A stretch of 64,000 nucleotides of DNA from a virus, in the IMG/VR virus record IMGVR_UViG_3300024265_000033, positions 57,066-121,065 of that record, one strand, 5' to 3'. The position numbers were made by a program, and so were the translations under genes. This document shows positions 1 to 9,662 of the stretch, piece after piece. The notes under the pieces were generated by a model. The model did no database searches, was not told the DNA's origin, and saw nothing but the letters and a program-made list of their open reading frames with translations. Positions within the stretch are counted from its first letter, which is position 1. Each line of letters opens with the position of its first letter.

Positions 1-719
1 ACAGCCTTTTGATCCACACTTGCCCACTTTTGAGTGTATGTGTCGCCTGTGCCCAGCTCTTCTACAAATGAATCGCGTGATAGTACCGCGTGGTCTGGAA
101 GGTTTTGCTTTATGTATGTAGATTTGCCGCTACAAGGCAGGCCAATCATGACTACGGCTTCTCTAACCTTAGACACATCGAATATTCTATTGGGAGGGGC
201 TGGAAATATAGGCACTACTTCTTCGTGCGAAAAGAATCGGCCCTCTCTGTCTGCGGTGGATAATGCTATCAGTTTGTCATACAACTCAGGATTCGCTACC
301 ATTCGCTCAGATAACTGTTTAGGAGTGAGTTTGAAGGGCTCCGTGTGCATAGCAATCATTTGAAATATAAGTCTACTCTCGTAAGGAGGTACATCAAGAT
401 CCTTCAAGATATCTAGAGCCATGAATGCAGACACCGCTTCGTGACTGAAAAACCTTACTCGCTTCGTCTTCTCAACCGCCTCTCTACACAGAGGCTTTCC
501 AATATCATGCAGCAAGGCTGCTAGCTGCACACACTCGTCGTATTGTTCGGCCATTTTACATACCATCATTGTATGAGTCCACACATCGCCCTCTAAATGA
601 TAGGGATTGAGACTGAAGTCGCCCTCGGGATAATCGAAATGATGATCGCTCTCTTGCATGTGGGACACATTCTCTGGGTAGTTCTCTTGGAACCATACTA
701 CAAGCTTATTCATTGTCAT
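1..719 (-). CDS. HD-domain phosphohydrolase fused to P-loop polynucleotide kinase-like domain (runs off window start)
   Basis: Translated by hand (absent from ORF track): MTMNKLVVWFQ...YHLEGDVWTHTMMV...AALLHDIGKP (HD motif)...VMIGLPCSGKST (Walker A)...LSRD; open to position 1. Confidence 0.85.
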   Translation of the reverse strand, partial: MTMNKLVVWFQENYPENVSHMQESDHHFDYPEGDFSLNPYHLEGDVWTHTMMVCKMAEQYDECVQLAALLHDIGKPLCREAVEKTKRVRFFSHEAVSAFMALDILKDLDVPPYESRLIFQMIAMHTEPFKLTPKQLSERMVANPELYDKLIALSTADREGRFFSHEEVVPIFPAPPNRIFDVSKVREAVVMIGLPCSGKSTYIKQNLPDHAVLSRDSFVEELGTGDTYTQKWASVDQKA

Positions 720-945
720 CAGGAACTCCGCATATTGCCCAATAAGAATGGGTAGTTCTCTTGCTGATCCATTTCAAGCAAGGGTTTTCTGGCGCATATC
801 GTGTGCCGCATACATATTTACATCTCTTCAGAATTCTGAGATCCTTCTCAGTTCCCCAAAGCTCTGAAGAGACGTTATTAATTACTGTTTGTGGGCAGGT
901 TATACCCAGTACAAGGTATAAACTGGCTATGAAAGGTGATGTCAA
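706..945 (-). CDS. small Cys-rich hypothetical protein, hydrophobic N-terminus
   Basis: ORF 706..990; likely TTG start at 945 after GGAGGA; tightly packed with neighbours. Confidence 0.5.
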   Translation of the reverse strand: MTSPFIASLYLVLGITCPQTVINNVSSELWGTEKDLRILKRCKYVCGTRYAPENPCLKWISKRTTHSYWAICGVPDDNE

Positions 946-1211
946 GAATATTCCTCCTCCGAAATTAGAGATTTGCCGCTCTCGGCACACCTATCGAAAT
1001 ATTTCACATATTTGTGTATTTTGTCCGCTTGGTCTTGGGCCTTAGTCAAAATCTCTTTAATCTCAGGATCGTCGGTTTTTCTGGCCGCTGAGTTGAGTTT
1101 TGCCATCAATATAGCTAAGCGATTGTTAAGATTGTGTCCTAAATGTGACGCTATCTTTTCTGTTACCTTAGTGTTTTCTTCATTCCATTTGTAAGCGTTA
1201 TCTTTTTTCAT
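942..1211 (-). CDS. stand-alone HisKA/DHp-like protein
   Basis: SHLGHNLNNRLAILMAKL...DDPEIKEILTKAQDQADKIHKYV resembles the H-box helix-hairpin of histidine kinases (HE[LI]NNPL); ATG at 1211 with GGAGGT SD. Confidence 0.6.
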   Translation of the reverse strand: MKKDNAYKWNEENTKVTEKIASHLGHNLNNRLAILMAKLNSAARKTDDPEIKEILTKAQDQADKIHKYVKYFDRCAESGKSLISEEEYS

Positions 1212-1230
1212 GATAACCTCCCTTTCTTTC

Positions 1231-1446
1231 CTAAAGAATACCAATAGACTCGGGTATTGTCAAGCCTTTTTGGATGGAATAATCTTTAGTATTGCTGATT
1301 AAAATAAGAAATCCCTGAGGCAAATCCGTGCCCGGGGCAGCGTTGCCTCTAAAATCAAAATAAGTCCATCTGGCGGCTGCTTCTGCGTCCTCAACTGATT
1401 TGTGGGTGCTCAGGTATGCAGATTTATAAAATAATTTTATGGTCAT
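1231..1446 (-). CDS. hypothetical protein
   Basis: ORF with GGAGG SD before ATG 1446. Confidence 0.55.
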   Translation of the reverse strand: MTIKLFYKSAYLSTHKSVEDAEAAARWTYFDFRGNAAPGTDLPQGFLILISNTKDYSIQKGLTIPESIGIL

Positions 1447-1454
1447 GTGTCCTC

Positions 1455-1853
1455 CTAATCCCATGGGTCTTTTAAGCTTTCACACCATTCAGAGTGTCCA
1501 TCGGAACCCTTCATGAATGTGTGCTTCAAGCCACAATCACAGTCCCGCTTAGTGCCCTCTCTAGGCCCTATGTACTCTAATTGATCCTCTGTTACATTTT
1601 GGTGATGCCCCTTCCATTCCCACTCTGGGATGGGAGTGTATAAAATGTCCCAGTGGTCCTTCTCCCAGTTGGCTGCCTGTGCTTGCCAAGGGATTCCCCG
1701 ATACATCACTATACTGCCGAACTCTTCGTGAGGTCTGGAGTTCTCGTCAACCGAAGGCATCCACTCTTCTTCCTTAAACTCTCGGTCGCCGCTCTTGAAG
1801 TTCCGGTGTACGTTATTTGAAATATTCAAATTTATATCAATATAGTCCATCAC
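1455..1853 (-). CDS. hypothetical protein, C-terminal CxC..H..C cluster
   Basis: ORF overlapping upstream stop; CDCG...HSEWC. Confidence 0.6.
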   Translation of the reverse strand: MMDYIDINLNISNNVHRNFKSGDREFKEEEWMPSVDENSRPHEEFGSIVMYRGIPWQAQAANWEKDHWDILYTPIPEWEWKGHHQNVTEDQLEYIGPREGTKRDCDCGLKHTFMKGSDGHSEWCESLKDPWD

Positions 1854-2428
1854 TTATTCCAAATCAGAGCAAGATCGTATCCATCATTGAATTCGATTAT
1901 CTGCTCGGGTTTACAAATCTTACGCCATTCGTCTGGAGTCATTAGACGTTCATCTCCAAAACTAGGCTCTTCATATTTTGCTGAGGGTACATAATGAAGC
2001 AAGGTCTTCGTGTGGGTTCTTTGAAGCGCAATAATATTGCGTATTGCTTCGTCTGGAAAATGCTCCAGTACCCCATGAGAGTGTATTAGACCTATATCAT
2101 AGACATCGCTAGGAAAGGGCTGTGAAATATCATGCTCGTGTATATTAAAATCAGGACCCGCCTCATTCATATTCCTATAAGCCAGATCTAACATATCATG
2201 CTCTACATCGAGTAGCAGATAAAAGTTATCCCCCCCGAACCGCTCTGCCAAGATACGACTGACATTGGCCGCCCCGCATCCAAACTCCGCTATTGTGGAG
2301 CCCTTCATCTGAGCCGCGTAGTCTGCGATCAGTGTGAGAAATGGGTTGTACTTAGTGGCTACATGAGTCCTATATCGATCATTCATGCGGTCAACATAGT
2401 GCTCAAACCAAGTCTTTGTCATAGACAT
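1850..2428 (-). CDS. class I SAM-dependent methyltransferase
   Basis: Motif I EFGCGAA, acidic end of strand 2 (LLLDVE), HDI, SHGVLEHF. Confidence 0.85.
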   Translation of the reverse strand: MSMTKTWFEHYVDRMNDRYRTHVATKYNPFLTLIADYAAQMKGSTIAEFGCGAANVSRILAERFGGDNFYLLLDVEHDMLDLAYRNMNEAGPDFNIHEHDISQPFPSDVYDIGLIHSHGVLEHFPDEAIRNIIALQRTHTKTLLHYVPSAKYEEPSFGDERLMTPDEWRKICKPEQIIEFNDGYDLALIWNK

Positions 2429-2687
2429 CAGTGTTTTCCCTTTTCTTTTGATCTTCATAGCCCGCTGCAACTCTTCTGTAATACTCGAAAGCCACACAAA
2501 TCAGAGTGCCCATCACAATACAAATAGTGAGGTACTTCTTACCGCGCATCATAGTGAAACGATCTAGCACGCTACTAATGAAGTAGTTGAGGTCCCCGGG
2601 ATCGGCTCCGCCTTTCGCTAATGCAAGCTCTGCGTCCCGAATGGGTTTCTCAAATGGTTTTCTTCTTTCCTGTTTAGTGTACGGCAT
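2403..2687 (-). CDS. conserved phage hypothetical protein (DUF6899-like)
   Basis: MPYTKQERR...GDLNY...EYYRRVAAGYEDQKKRENTDVY pattern; start reassigned to 2687. Confidence 0.7.
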   Translation of the reverse strand: MPYTKQERRKPFEKPIRDAELALAKGGADPGDLNYFISSVLDRFTMMRGKKYLTICIVMGTLICVAFEYYRRVAAGYEDQKKRENTDVYDKDLV

Positions 2688-2689
2688 AT

Positions 2690-2833
2690 CTATCTCCCTT
2701 TGCCAAAACAGCATTGATCTATGGATGTCTGCAGCCTGTCGTTTATTCCGGCATACCTTACAATCATATATTGCTGCAATGCCATGAATATCACTGCAGC
2801 AACTGCGATGGTTACTATTGATTCCTTGCTCAT
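2690..2833 (-). CDS. small membrane protein (47 aa)
   Basis: Hand-translated MSKESIVTIAVAAVIFMALQQY...CCFGKGR; fills gap between neighbours. Confidence 0.55.
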   Translation of the reverse strand: MSKESIVTIAVAAVIFMALQQYMIVRYAGINDRLQTSIDQCCFGKGR

Positions 2834-3108
2834 GCTGCTTTTTTCTCCTCACGTCCAGAGTCTATAATGGCGTAGGAAATCATAGAGTCCTGAAACTCGG
2901 GGTCTTTGCATACCCGTAGGAATGCGGCACCGCATAGGACTTCTTTTGTGACGTCCTTTCGAGCTTCTACATCATAGATTTCCAGATCCAAAATGTCTAC
3001 CATGAGTTCCGAGATGTCAGATAGACTTAGTTCTTTTTTGCTCAGGGTATCGTAATACCTGCCTTGCCCATGTCGTTCTATTATGTGCTCATCCATTTGC
3101 TTACGCAT
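2830..3108 (-). CDS. hypothetical protein
   Basis: AGGAGGT SD before ATG 3108. Confidence 0.6.
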   Translation of the reverse strand: MRKQMDEHIIERHGQGRYYDTLSKKELSLSDISELMVDILDLEIYDVEARKDVTKEVLCGAAFLRVCKDPEFQDSMISYAIIDSGREEKKAA

Positions 3109-3134
3109 ATATCTACCTCCTGTGTTAGATATAA

Positions 3135-3422
3135 TCAATTCTGGACTCTAGCGTACTCCTTGGGATCTCTATCGTCCAAAACAGTTAGTTCGTACTTACT
3201 GTTCAAAGTCTGAAAAAGAAACTTCCTGTCCTTTTCTACATAGCTGCACTCTTGAATCTCTGAAGTTGAAATCCGGCGGAAGGGTAAGCCCGGTGTCAAA
3301 GACTTTCCAAAAATAATGAAACCATAGCCCACTTCGGGAATGTGCGTACACTTGCCCTCCATCTCCTTAGTTCTGACATTATTGTGGCTAGATTCAATTT
3401 GCTCTAACTTCACATGTAGCAT
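3135..3422 (-). CDS. hypothetical protein
   Basis: ORF in operon, GGAGAGGA before ATG 3422. Confidence 0.6.
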   Translation of the reverse strand: MLHVKLEQIESSHNNVRTKEMEGKCTHIPEVGYGFIIFGKSLTPGLPFRRISTSEIQECSYVEKDRKFLFQTLNSKYELTVLDDRDPKEYARVQN

Positions 3423-3445
3423 ATCCTCTCCCTTCATAAAATTCT

Positions 3446-4078
3446 TCATAAATACCTCCCCACTAATTTCTTATAAGTCTGACAAGTAAGTCGTTTCGTT
3501 GACCGCTTGGTGCCACAGTTATACCGGGTCCACCAATCAGGGTCTTTCCCAAAATCTTTTCTGAAGTCTCCCAGTATCAGGGCTCCTGAATTTACAGAGT
3601 ATGTCAAATCGGTCATGATTCGTTTATAGTCCATTTCATATCTTCTAGACGTTATGTAGTTGACCTGTGAGATCCCGGCGTCTGCAACAATACAAGAAGG
3701 TTTTGCACTCAACGCTGCAAAATGTCTGCCTGTTTGATTTTTTGGTATAGGTCCCCGCATAGAAAATACAGCCTCGGCTATCTTCTTGTAGGGAAGACCG
3801 CACTGAATGTTTTTGGCTTTGAGATTGTAATTGGACTCTTGCCTTAGCATAGCAGTATAAAGGCGTGCTGGGATTTTGTACTTCCGAGCTGCTAGGTGTA
3901 TCACATTGGATAAACGCATAGCGTATCGCCTGTTTATTTTAGGGCTATTCTTTATAATCTGACAATAGATAGGATGCTTTACACACCTATTTGTCTTCGG
4001 GGGTTCCGCTGCCAGAGTCTGTAACACTGTCAGTAGGAACACTGTCAACATTATCATCGGTATCTTTAACTTCTTCAT
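3446..4078 (-). CDS. lytic transglycosylase (SLT domain) with signal peptide
   Basis: AMLRQESNYN catalytic Glu motif, GISQVN, RYN; N-terminal MKKLKIPMIMLTVFLLTVLQTLA. Confidence 0.8.
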   Translation of the reverse strand: MKKLKIPMIMLTVFLLTVLQTLAAEPPKTNRCVKHPIYCQIIKNSPKINRRYAMRLSNVIHLAARKYKIPARLYTAMLRQESNYNLKAKNIQCGLPYKKIAEAVFSMRGPIPKNQTGRHFAALSAKPSCIVADAGISQVNYITSRRYEMDYKRIMTDLTYSVNSGALILGDFRKDFGKDPDWWTRYNCGTKRSTKRLTCQTYKKLVGRYL

Positions 4079-4469
4079 CTTTTTTACCGTCCTTTTTTTT
4101 GGCTGGAGATCTATTTATGATCTCCTCTGCCTTCTTCAGAGCCATATTGAATATCTCTTCCGAATATATTACTCTCACTCTAAAGGAGGGTAATACTTCT
4201 TGGAGCATATTCATTATGCCCTCGGCGATTGTTCTCTGCCTCCTGAGCAATCGTCCTAGCCACTTCAGCTTCAAATAGATTAACATTACCTTGTAGTTTG
4301 TGTCAATTAAAATATTCACGTCATTGATATATTTCGATGAGCTGTAAATATTTAGAACTAATGCATTTTTCAACTGAGGTGTGTCAAGCATCTCCATTTC
4401 AAGGAGCCATGCAGTGCCTTCCTGCAGCATTTCTTCTCTAGTTGATAGTTCTGAATTACCGTCTTTCAT
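3987..4469 (-). CDS. hypothetical protein
   Basis: 160-aa ORF directly behind a sigma70-like promoter. Confidence 0.65.
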   Translation of the reverse strand: MKDGNSELSTREEMLQEGTAWLLEMEMLDTPQLKNALVLNIYSSSKYINDVNILIDTNYKVMLIYLKLKWLGRLLRRQRTIAEGIMNMLQEVLPSFRVRVIYSEEIFNMALKKAEEIINRSPAKKKDGKKDEEVKDTDDNVDSVPTDSVTDSGSGTPEDK

Positions 4470-4475
4470 GGTTGT

Positions 4476-4504
4476 AGAATACCTCCTTTTTAGTCAAATG
4501 TCAA
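4476..4504 (-). promoter_or_regulatory. sigma70-like promoter TTGACA-N17-TATTCT
   Basis: Perfect -35, 17-nt spacer, -10 ends 6 nt before ATG 4469. Confidence 0.65.
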
Positions 4505-5089
4505 GTGGAAGTGAATAATGGCATGGCCTAATCCTATGGCATCGCAGACATCCGAGTCAGATTTATTCTTATCCACATCAAATGCGGTGTGGTAGGCCTT
4601 GTTGACGTACCGACATGCCAAATGTTTCTTAGTGATTATAGGGAGCTGCCTAGCCCCTTTAGGGAGCTTCTTATTCCAAGCCCTGCGGGTCTTATTGAGC
4701 CTCTTATCGTCCTCTGAGAGTCTCAGGTTGAGGTCTGTACGCCATCCTACAGGCCCGTCAGAGTCCTTGTAGATGACTGTGTCTATCTTGTCCTCAATGC
4801 GGTCTAAGAGGATGAAATGAAGGCCGTCTAGAGTCTTCTGTGAGATCCTGTTCTTGCCTAAGTTGACCTCTTCTATAATGATCCGCTCGGGCTTGTGTGT
4901 GTCAATTAAGTCGCGGCACTGTCTCGCCATATCTCTGAGACGGTATAGTTTCTTCCTGAGCTTTCCCAATTTGGTCTGCCCTTTGGTATTTGGTTTGATA
5001 ACTCCATAATTCATGAGAGGTTTTTCTCTGGCAGGATCAAACAGAGCCCAGCCTGTACTTGTGGAGCTGAGATCGAATACCAAAAGCAT
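4490..5089 (-). CDS. ruvC: RuvC-like Holliday junction resolvase
   Basis: FDLSSTSTGWA, IIIEE, DVCDAIGLG acidic motifs of the RNase H-fold resolvases. Confidence 0.8.
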   Translation of the reverse strand: MLLVFDLSSTSTGWALFDPAREKPLMNYGVIKPNTKGQTKLGKLRKKLYRLRDMARQCRDLIDTHKPERIIIEEVNLGKNRISQKTLDGLHFILLDRIEDKIDTVIYKDSDGPVGWRTDLNLRLSEDDKRLNKTRRAWNKKLPKGARQLPIITKKHLACRYVNKAYHTAFDVDKNKSDSDVCDAIGLGHAIIHFHLTFD

Positions 5090-5883
5090 CAGTCGTAGCC
5101 TCGCTCTTCTTTGACAGTCCAATCCTCTTCGTAAGTTGCATCCTTCCAATCATCAAATATCCAAGTGTCGTACACGTCTACGTTCCGTTGTCGGTAGACT
5201 GTCATTTCCGGATATTGAATAGCACTCAAAAACCCATGACCTTGGCCCCTACAAAAAGCTCCTGTATCTACATTAGCGTAAAAGCTTCTGATTCTAGGTG
5301 TCAGAGGTTGAGGGGTGTGTCCGTGAATATTATAGATGTCTGGATTGTCCTTCAACTTACTAGGTCTGCCCCAAACAATGTGTTCTTCAAAATGATTTGC
5401 TTGATTTTTTCTCCGCTCTTCGTCCCAACGCCATACATTGCCTATGAACGAGTGAGAAATGACAAGCTTCCTGCCAAGCGTATTCGTGCAGTCTGGGTAT
5501 TCGATAAACAAGGGAAGTGTTTCGAACCAATCCATATGATCTTTCATGTCAACTTCTACTTTGTCCCTATTATCGTCATAAGTCTTTCTGGTATCAGGAC
5601 CATAGGACATGAAATAACTGTGAACTGTCGCATCTCCTCCGTTTCCGCCCCATATGCTACTGTAGCGAGGGAAAGGACCTTCGTCCATCATCATGATTTC
5701 GTGATTTCCTTTGACACAATCGTAGCCTCCGGCTTTAACGAAATCTACCACTTGTTTGGACTTTGGACCTCTGTCAATAAGATCTCCCACAAATGATACT
5801 GGTACGTCTTTCGGGAACTGCTTCATGAGTTCCATCAAGGTATCAAAACATCCGTGAACATCCCCAATTACAATACGGCTCAT
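5089..5883 (-). CDS. PPP-family metallophosphoesterase (Ser/Thr phosphatase-like)
   Basis: GDVHG, GDLIDRG, GNHE, HGHTP, VDTG motifs. Confidence 0.9.
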   Translation of the reverse strand: MSRIVIGDVHGCFDTLMELMKQFPKDVPVSFVGDLIDRGPKSKQVVDFVKAGGYDCVKGNHEIMMMDEGPFPRYSSIWGGNGGDATVHSYFMSYGPDTRKTYDDNRDKVEVDMKDHMDWFETLPLFIEYPDCTNTLGRKLVISHSFIGNVWRWDEERRKNQANHFEEHIVWGRPSKLKDNPDIYNIHGHTPQPLTPRIRSFYANVDTGAFCRGQGHGFLSAIQYPEMTVYRQRNVDVYDTWIFDDWKDATYEEDWTVKEERGYD

Positions 5884-6458
5884 GAGTTCTCCTTGATTAT
5901 CTTCAAGATAGTGGTATGCGGGATGGGTTTCAAATCCCACGCATCAACTCCTACATGAATCATGCGGCCTTTTCTCTTCTTTCTAGCATGAGTATGGCCG
6001 TGTAACAACCATTCCCCTTGATCCATGATTCTCTTGTGCATATACCGAGTGTCCCAATATCCTCCAAGGAATTTGTGCTTTAGCCACATACGAAACGTGG
6101 GCTGATAGGGAAAATGGCTTAGGAATATCTTGTAACGATCCTCCCCGTCATTGAGGTAAATGAAAATATTCTCATGCACTTCGTCAAATCCTGCCTCAAG
6201 CATCCATTTGGCGTGTTTGTCGTGGTTTCCCTTGATTAAAATCTTACGTCCGTTCAGACGCTTTAGGGTCTGAGTTGTGAGTTCTTTCCCCGCAAATGCG
6301 AAGTCCCCTATTACATAAATTGTGTCTCTTTTTTTAACCCTATCATTCCAATTCTTAATCATGATCTCGTTCATTTCTGATACACTCTTGGCCCTCTTCG
6401 GACAAAAGTGTAAGATCTTTTTGTGATGAAAGTGGTTATCGCTTGTAAACCATATCAA
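5880..6458 (-). CDS. calcineurin-like metallophosphoesterase
   Basis: SDNHFHH, GDF, GNHD, HGHTH, VGVD motifs. Confidence 0.9.
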   Translation of the reverse strand: MIWFTSDNHFHHKKILHFCPKRAKSVSEMNEIMIKNWNDRVKKRDTIYVIGDFAFAGKELTTQTLKRLNGRKILIKGNHDKHAKWMLEAGFDEVHENIFIYLNDGEDRYKIFLSHFPYQPTFRMWLKHKFLGGYWDTRYMHKRIMDQGEWLLHGHTHARKKRKGRMIHVGVDAWDLKPIPHTTILKIIKENS

Positions 6459-6469
6459 AATATACTCCT

Positions 6470-6826
6470 TTATAAATCATCTATCTTCTTACGTTTGTTG
6501 CCTTTCGCGTCAATCCATTTATTGCGCAAGGCTTCTTTCTTATCATTAGTCTGTATTAAATCTTCCATTTCCACATCCCTAGCGTGGTTTCGTGATCGTG
6601 CTTTCAATACGGCATTCTGGCCCTTCTCTACCGACCTACCCTTCTCTTTGGCTGTGGGATCTCTAGGCTCCAGAAACTTGGTATCCGGAGCTACCAAAAT
6701 CTTTTTCATTACTGTTAGGGGATGTGGCATACCCTCTTCGTCTTGATTGTGATTACACTTAGGCTCCTTCTTAAAAGAGTCCCTCTCGTATCCACATAAT
6801 TCACATCTATATCTTTGTAACGGCAT
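6470..6826 (-). CDS. zinc-ribbon (FmdB-like) protein
   Basis: MPLQRYRCELCG...C N-terminus. Confidence 0.6.
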   Translation of the reverse strand: MPLQRYRCELCGYERDSFKKEPKCNHNQDEEGMPHPLTVMKKILVAPDTKFLEPRDPTAKEKGRSVEKGQNAVLKARSRNHARDVEMEDLIQTNDKKEALRNKWIDAKGNKRKKIDDL

Positions 6827-8730
6827 TAAGCGGCCTCCTTGGATACCCCGTCGATTAACTCAACTTTGAAAGTATTGTCAACAATCGATTTGAATATCGA
6901 GTTGTGCTCAATCAATATTGTACACCCTTGGAGTGTTTCAATCAAGCGTAAAGCCTTTTCCATGCTAGATTCACTGAGATCTTTGAAATACTCGTCAAAA
7001 ATCCTCAGGTTCATGGGGCTATCCCCTCTTGCTGAAACTATTTCGGATAGTGCTAGATCAACCGCGAGTTGTATTCTTCTAAATTGGCCGCCCGAGTATA
7101 GCCCAAGAGGACGCTTGTGCCCGTCAATTGTGACTTCGACCTTGATTTTAGAAACTTCTCCGGAACCTGATAGGTTTGAGAAATCAATTTTAATAGGTAG
7201 TTCAAATAGTTCTGATAAGAATCTGTTTGATTTACGGGTAAGTTCGGAAAGTAGTCCTTGGAATACATATTGCTTTACCTCCTTGAACCCATCTTTCAGG
7301 GCCAATAGTCTGTTACCGTGGTCTGTTAGAACCTTTAGGTTTTCTCTGAGCGTCTTGGTTTCTTTCTGAGTCTTGGTTAGAGCGGTCTTGATTTCCTTGA
7401 GCTTCTTGTCAAAATGCGCTCCATCCCGAGCCTCTTCTTTTTCAATCATAGTGAAGATGCGGTCTTGCTCATCATTTTTACTAATCAGTTCTTTCTCCAC
7501 TAGAGAGATCTTTTTGAGCTGAGTCTCAACCTCCGAGAGTGCGTACTCTTCTCGCTTTAACATAGTCTTGATAGAAGAGATTCCTTCTTGTAGCTCACTC
7601 GTGGTAGGTATTTCCATGCCCTCCAACTCTTTTAGTAGGCCCTCTCGCTCTTGTGCGAATTCCTGCTTTTCATGTTGCTGTTCTTCTATAGCCACTTTGA
7701 AGTGGGATTTATCAATCTTTTCGAGTACGGTGCCACATGTCGGGCAGGCTTTGTCCTTGGGATTCTTGAGGTCTTTTATCTTATTGACGGCCTTGAGCAT
7801 CTGGCCTTCGAGCTTTTGTACTTGAAACTCCAGCCGCTTTACACTGAGCTTCTTAGACTCTAAGCCTCTGAGTTCTTCTTTGAATCTGGCTTTTTCTTCT
7901 ATAAGTTCTCTTATGCCCTTATTTATGCGGTCACGCTCTACCAGACATTCCTCTTCTGTGAACTCGGCGTGAGTCTTGAGGAGTTGTTTTACCTGATTCC
8001 CTATGGTATCCGAAGAATCCCGGAGTTCCGCTATCTTTTCCTGCTTTTCCCGGTTAAAGACAGATTTGAGTTGCTCTATATTGCTCAATTCCGACTCATA
8101 TCGCTCTTCTACGGATCTCTGACGCTCCAAGTCTTTCTTTATAGCCATGAGATCTAAGTCATTCTCTTTAATCTCAGCCAGTGTTTTCTTTCTGGCTCTG
8201 TCAAATATCATGAGGTCTTGGATCTCGGAGAGGATCTTACCCTTTTGATCCTCTGTGGCTGTTACAAATTTGTTAGGGTAGTTTTGGGCAAAGTACACGG
8301 ACTGACAAAAGGTTTCAAAGCTCATGCCGATGTACTCTTCAATCATCTTTTGAGTCTCTTTGGCATCCTTACCCTTTTCAGTGGTAGATCCCTTCCGCCA
8401 TGTGAAATGCATCCCTAGTTCATTTGGCTTACGAGTCCTGAATATGTACGTCTCGTCATCTTTACTGTCCTCGTTGAAATATACCTCAACTGAACAAGAT
8501 TTTTGCCCCTCTCGAATCACATCGTCTACATTGGCGTCTTTGGGAATCTTGCCGAACAGGCCCCAACATAGCGCATTTAGAATAGCTGATTTGCCCGATC
8601 CTTCGGGGGTATTGTCGTCATAATTAAAACCGTCAACTAGCGTAGTGCCTTCTGGAAAGTTAAATTCTAGATACTCCCAACTCAGAAAGTTCTTAACTAT
8701 AATCTTACTGGGCGTCTTATCGGATGTCAT
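6826..8730 (-). CDS. sbcC: SbcC/Rad50/gp46-like ATPase
   Basis: Walker A EGSGKS, coiled coil with CPTC Zn-hook, YSGGQ signature, IFDE Walker B, H-loop IEH. Confidence 0.92.
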   Translation of the reverse strand: MTSDKTPSKIIVKNFLSWEYLEFNFPEGTTLVDGFNYDDNTPEGSGKSAILNALCWGLFGKIPKDANVDDVIREGQKSCSVEVYFNEDSKDDETYIFRTRKPNELGMHFTWRKGSTTEKGKDAKETQKMIEEYIGMSFETFCQSVYFAQNYPNKFVTATEDQKGKILSEIQDLMIFDRARKKTLAEIKENDLDLMAIKKDLERQRSVEERYESELSNIEQLKSVFNREKQEKIAELRDSSDTIGNQVKQLLKTHAEFTEEECLVERDRINKGIRELIEEKARFKEELRGLESKKLSVKRLEFQVQKLEGQMLKAVNKIKDLKNPKDKACPTCGTVLEKIDKSHFKVAIEEQQHEKQEFAQEREGLLKELEGMEIPTTSELQEGISSIKTMLKREEYALSEVETQLKKISLVEKELISKNDEQDRIFTMIEKEEARDGAHFDKKLKEIKTALTKTQKETKTLRENLKVLTDHGNRLLALKDGFKEVKQYVFQGLLSELTRKSNRFLSELFELPIKIDFSNLSGSGEVSKIKVEVTIDGHKRPLGLYSGGQFRRIQLAVDLALSEIVSARGDSPMNLRIFDEYFKDLSESSMEKALRLIETLQGCTILIEHNSIFKSIVDNTFKVELIDGVSKEAA

Positions 8731-9662
8731 ACAACGTCATCCATTATCCTAAGTCCCAACTTTAGAGTCTCTTTATCTAGATTTTTGACATCCTTAGCCC
8801 ATGTACTAAACTTCTCGTGGTTAGAGGCAGTCTCTGAGATGGCAGCACTTCCGTACTCTTCCTCATCAGGACGTTCTATAAATTTTACTCCCGGGAATTT
8901 GGACTTATCCACACTTGCAATCGCTTCCGGCGTGCCTGTGAGGATTACCCGGTAATGATTATTAGATCTGGGTGCGAAGCCTTTAGTGGCTTCTACTTCT
9001 ACTGTGACGTGTCTGGGAAATGGTGTGGGAATGGTTGTGAGTTTTTGGGTTTTAGTATCGTAAGTGCCTATATATTTGTCCTGATCCGTCTCTCCAAAGC
9101 TATGTGAAAAGGGAGTGCCTAAGTATGTCAGATTTTTGTAATGTTGAAACATATGAAAGTGACCGGAAATAATAGGGATGCTGTCTGGTAGATCTGATTG
9201 ATCGATCCCGTTTTCTTCCACAAAGCCATTGCCGAAATCAAAGTCGTTGACGCCCTGATGAATAAATACGGCTGAACAAGTTTTCTCTAGGATCTTCAGC
9301 TCTTCTCGGAACTGTTTAAGATCGCTCAAGAAAGGCATGAATCCTAGGCCATCTTCGCTTTCCCAAGCCTCGTCAACAACCTGTACGTTTTTAAGCTCCT
9401 GTAAAGGTCTGAGTGCGTGATCGTTACACTCAAGGTTGTGCCAATCGTGGTTCCCTACCAATACAATATGCTCTAATTCAGAGTCTTTGAAGTAGTCAAA
9501 CCAAAGATTGAAACACTTTGATCTGACTACTTCTTTTGTGTCTAACATATCTCCGAGCCAAATGACAGGATTTGCTAGATCCTCGACCATAGCCATAAGG
9601 GTTATGATCTGATCGATATTGCTCGGTTTTGCATGGGGGTCGCCTACTACCGTATAATTCAT
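8727..9662 (-). CDS. sbcD: SbcD/Mre11/gp47-like nuclease
   Basis: GDPH, GD, GNHD, SGHFH, YLGTP motifs; coupled to SbcC-like gene. Confidence 0.9.
   Translation of the reverse strand: MNYTVVGDPHAKPSNIDQIITLMAMVEDLANPVIWLGDMLDTKEVVRSKCFNLWFDYFKDSELEHIVLVGNHDWHNLECNDHALRPLQELKNVQVVDEAWESEDGLGFMPFLSDLKQFREELKILEKTCSAVFIHQGVNDFDFGNGFVEENGIDQSDLPDSIPIISGHFHMFQHYKNLTYLGTPFSHSFGETDQDKYIGTYDTKTQKLTTIPTPFPRHVTVEVEATKGFAPRSNNHYRVILTGTPEAIASVDKSKFPGVKFIERPDEEEYGSAAISETASNHEKFSTWAKDVKNLDKETLKLGLRIMDDVV

Noticed and set aside
34-363. Plus-strand ORF and the many other antisense ORFs in the track (e.g. 5188..5796, 6839..7369, 23157..23726)
   Set aside because: Shadows of well-supported genes on the opposite strand; no motifs or SD
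1850-2428. Hen1 assignment for the methyltransferase
   Set aside because: Has GVLEHF rather than the Hen1 E.IEH and H.FEW motifs; kept as a generic class I methyltransferase
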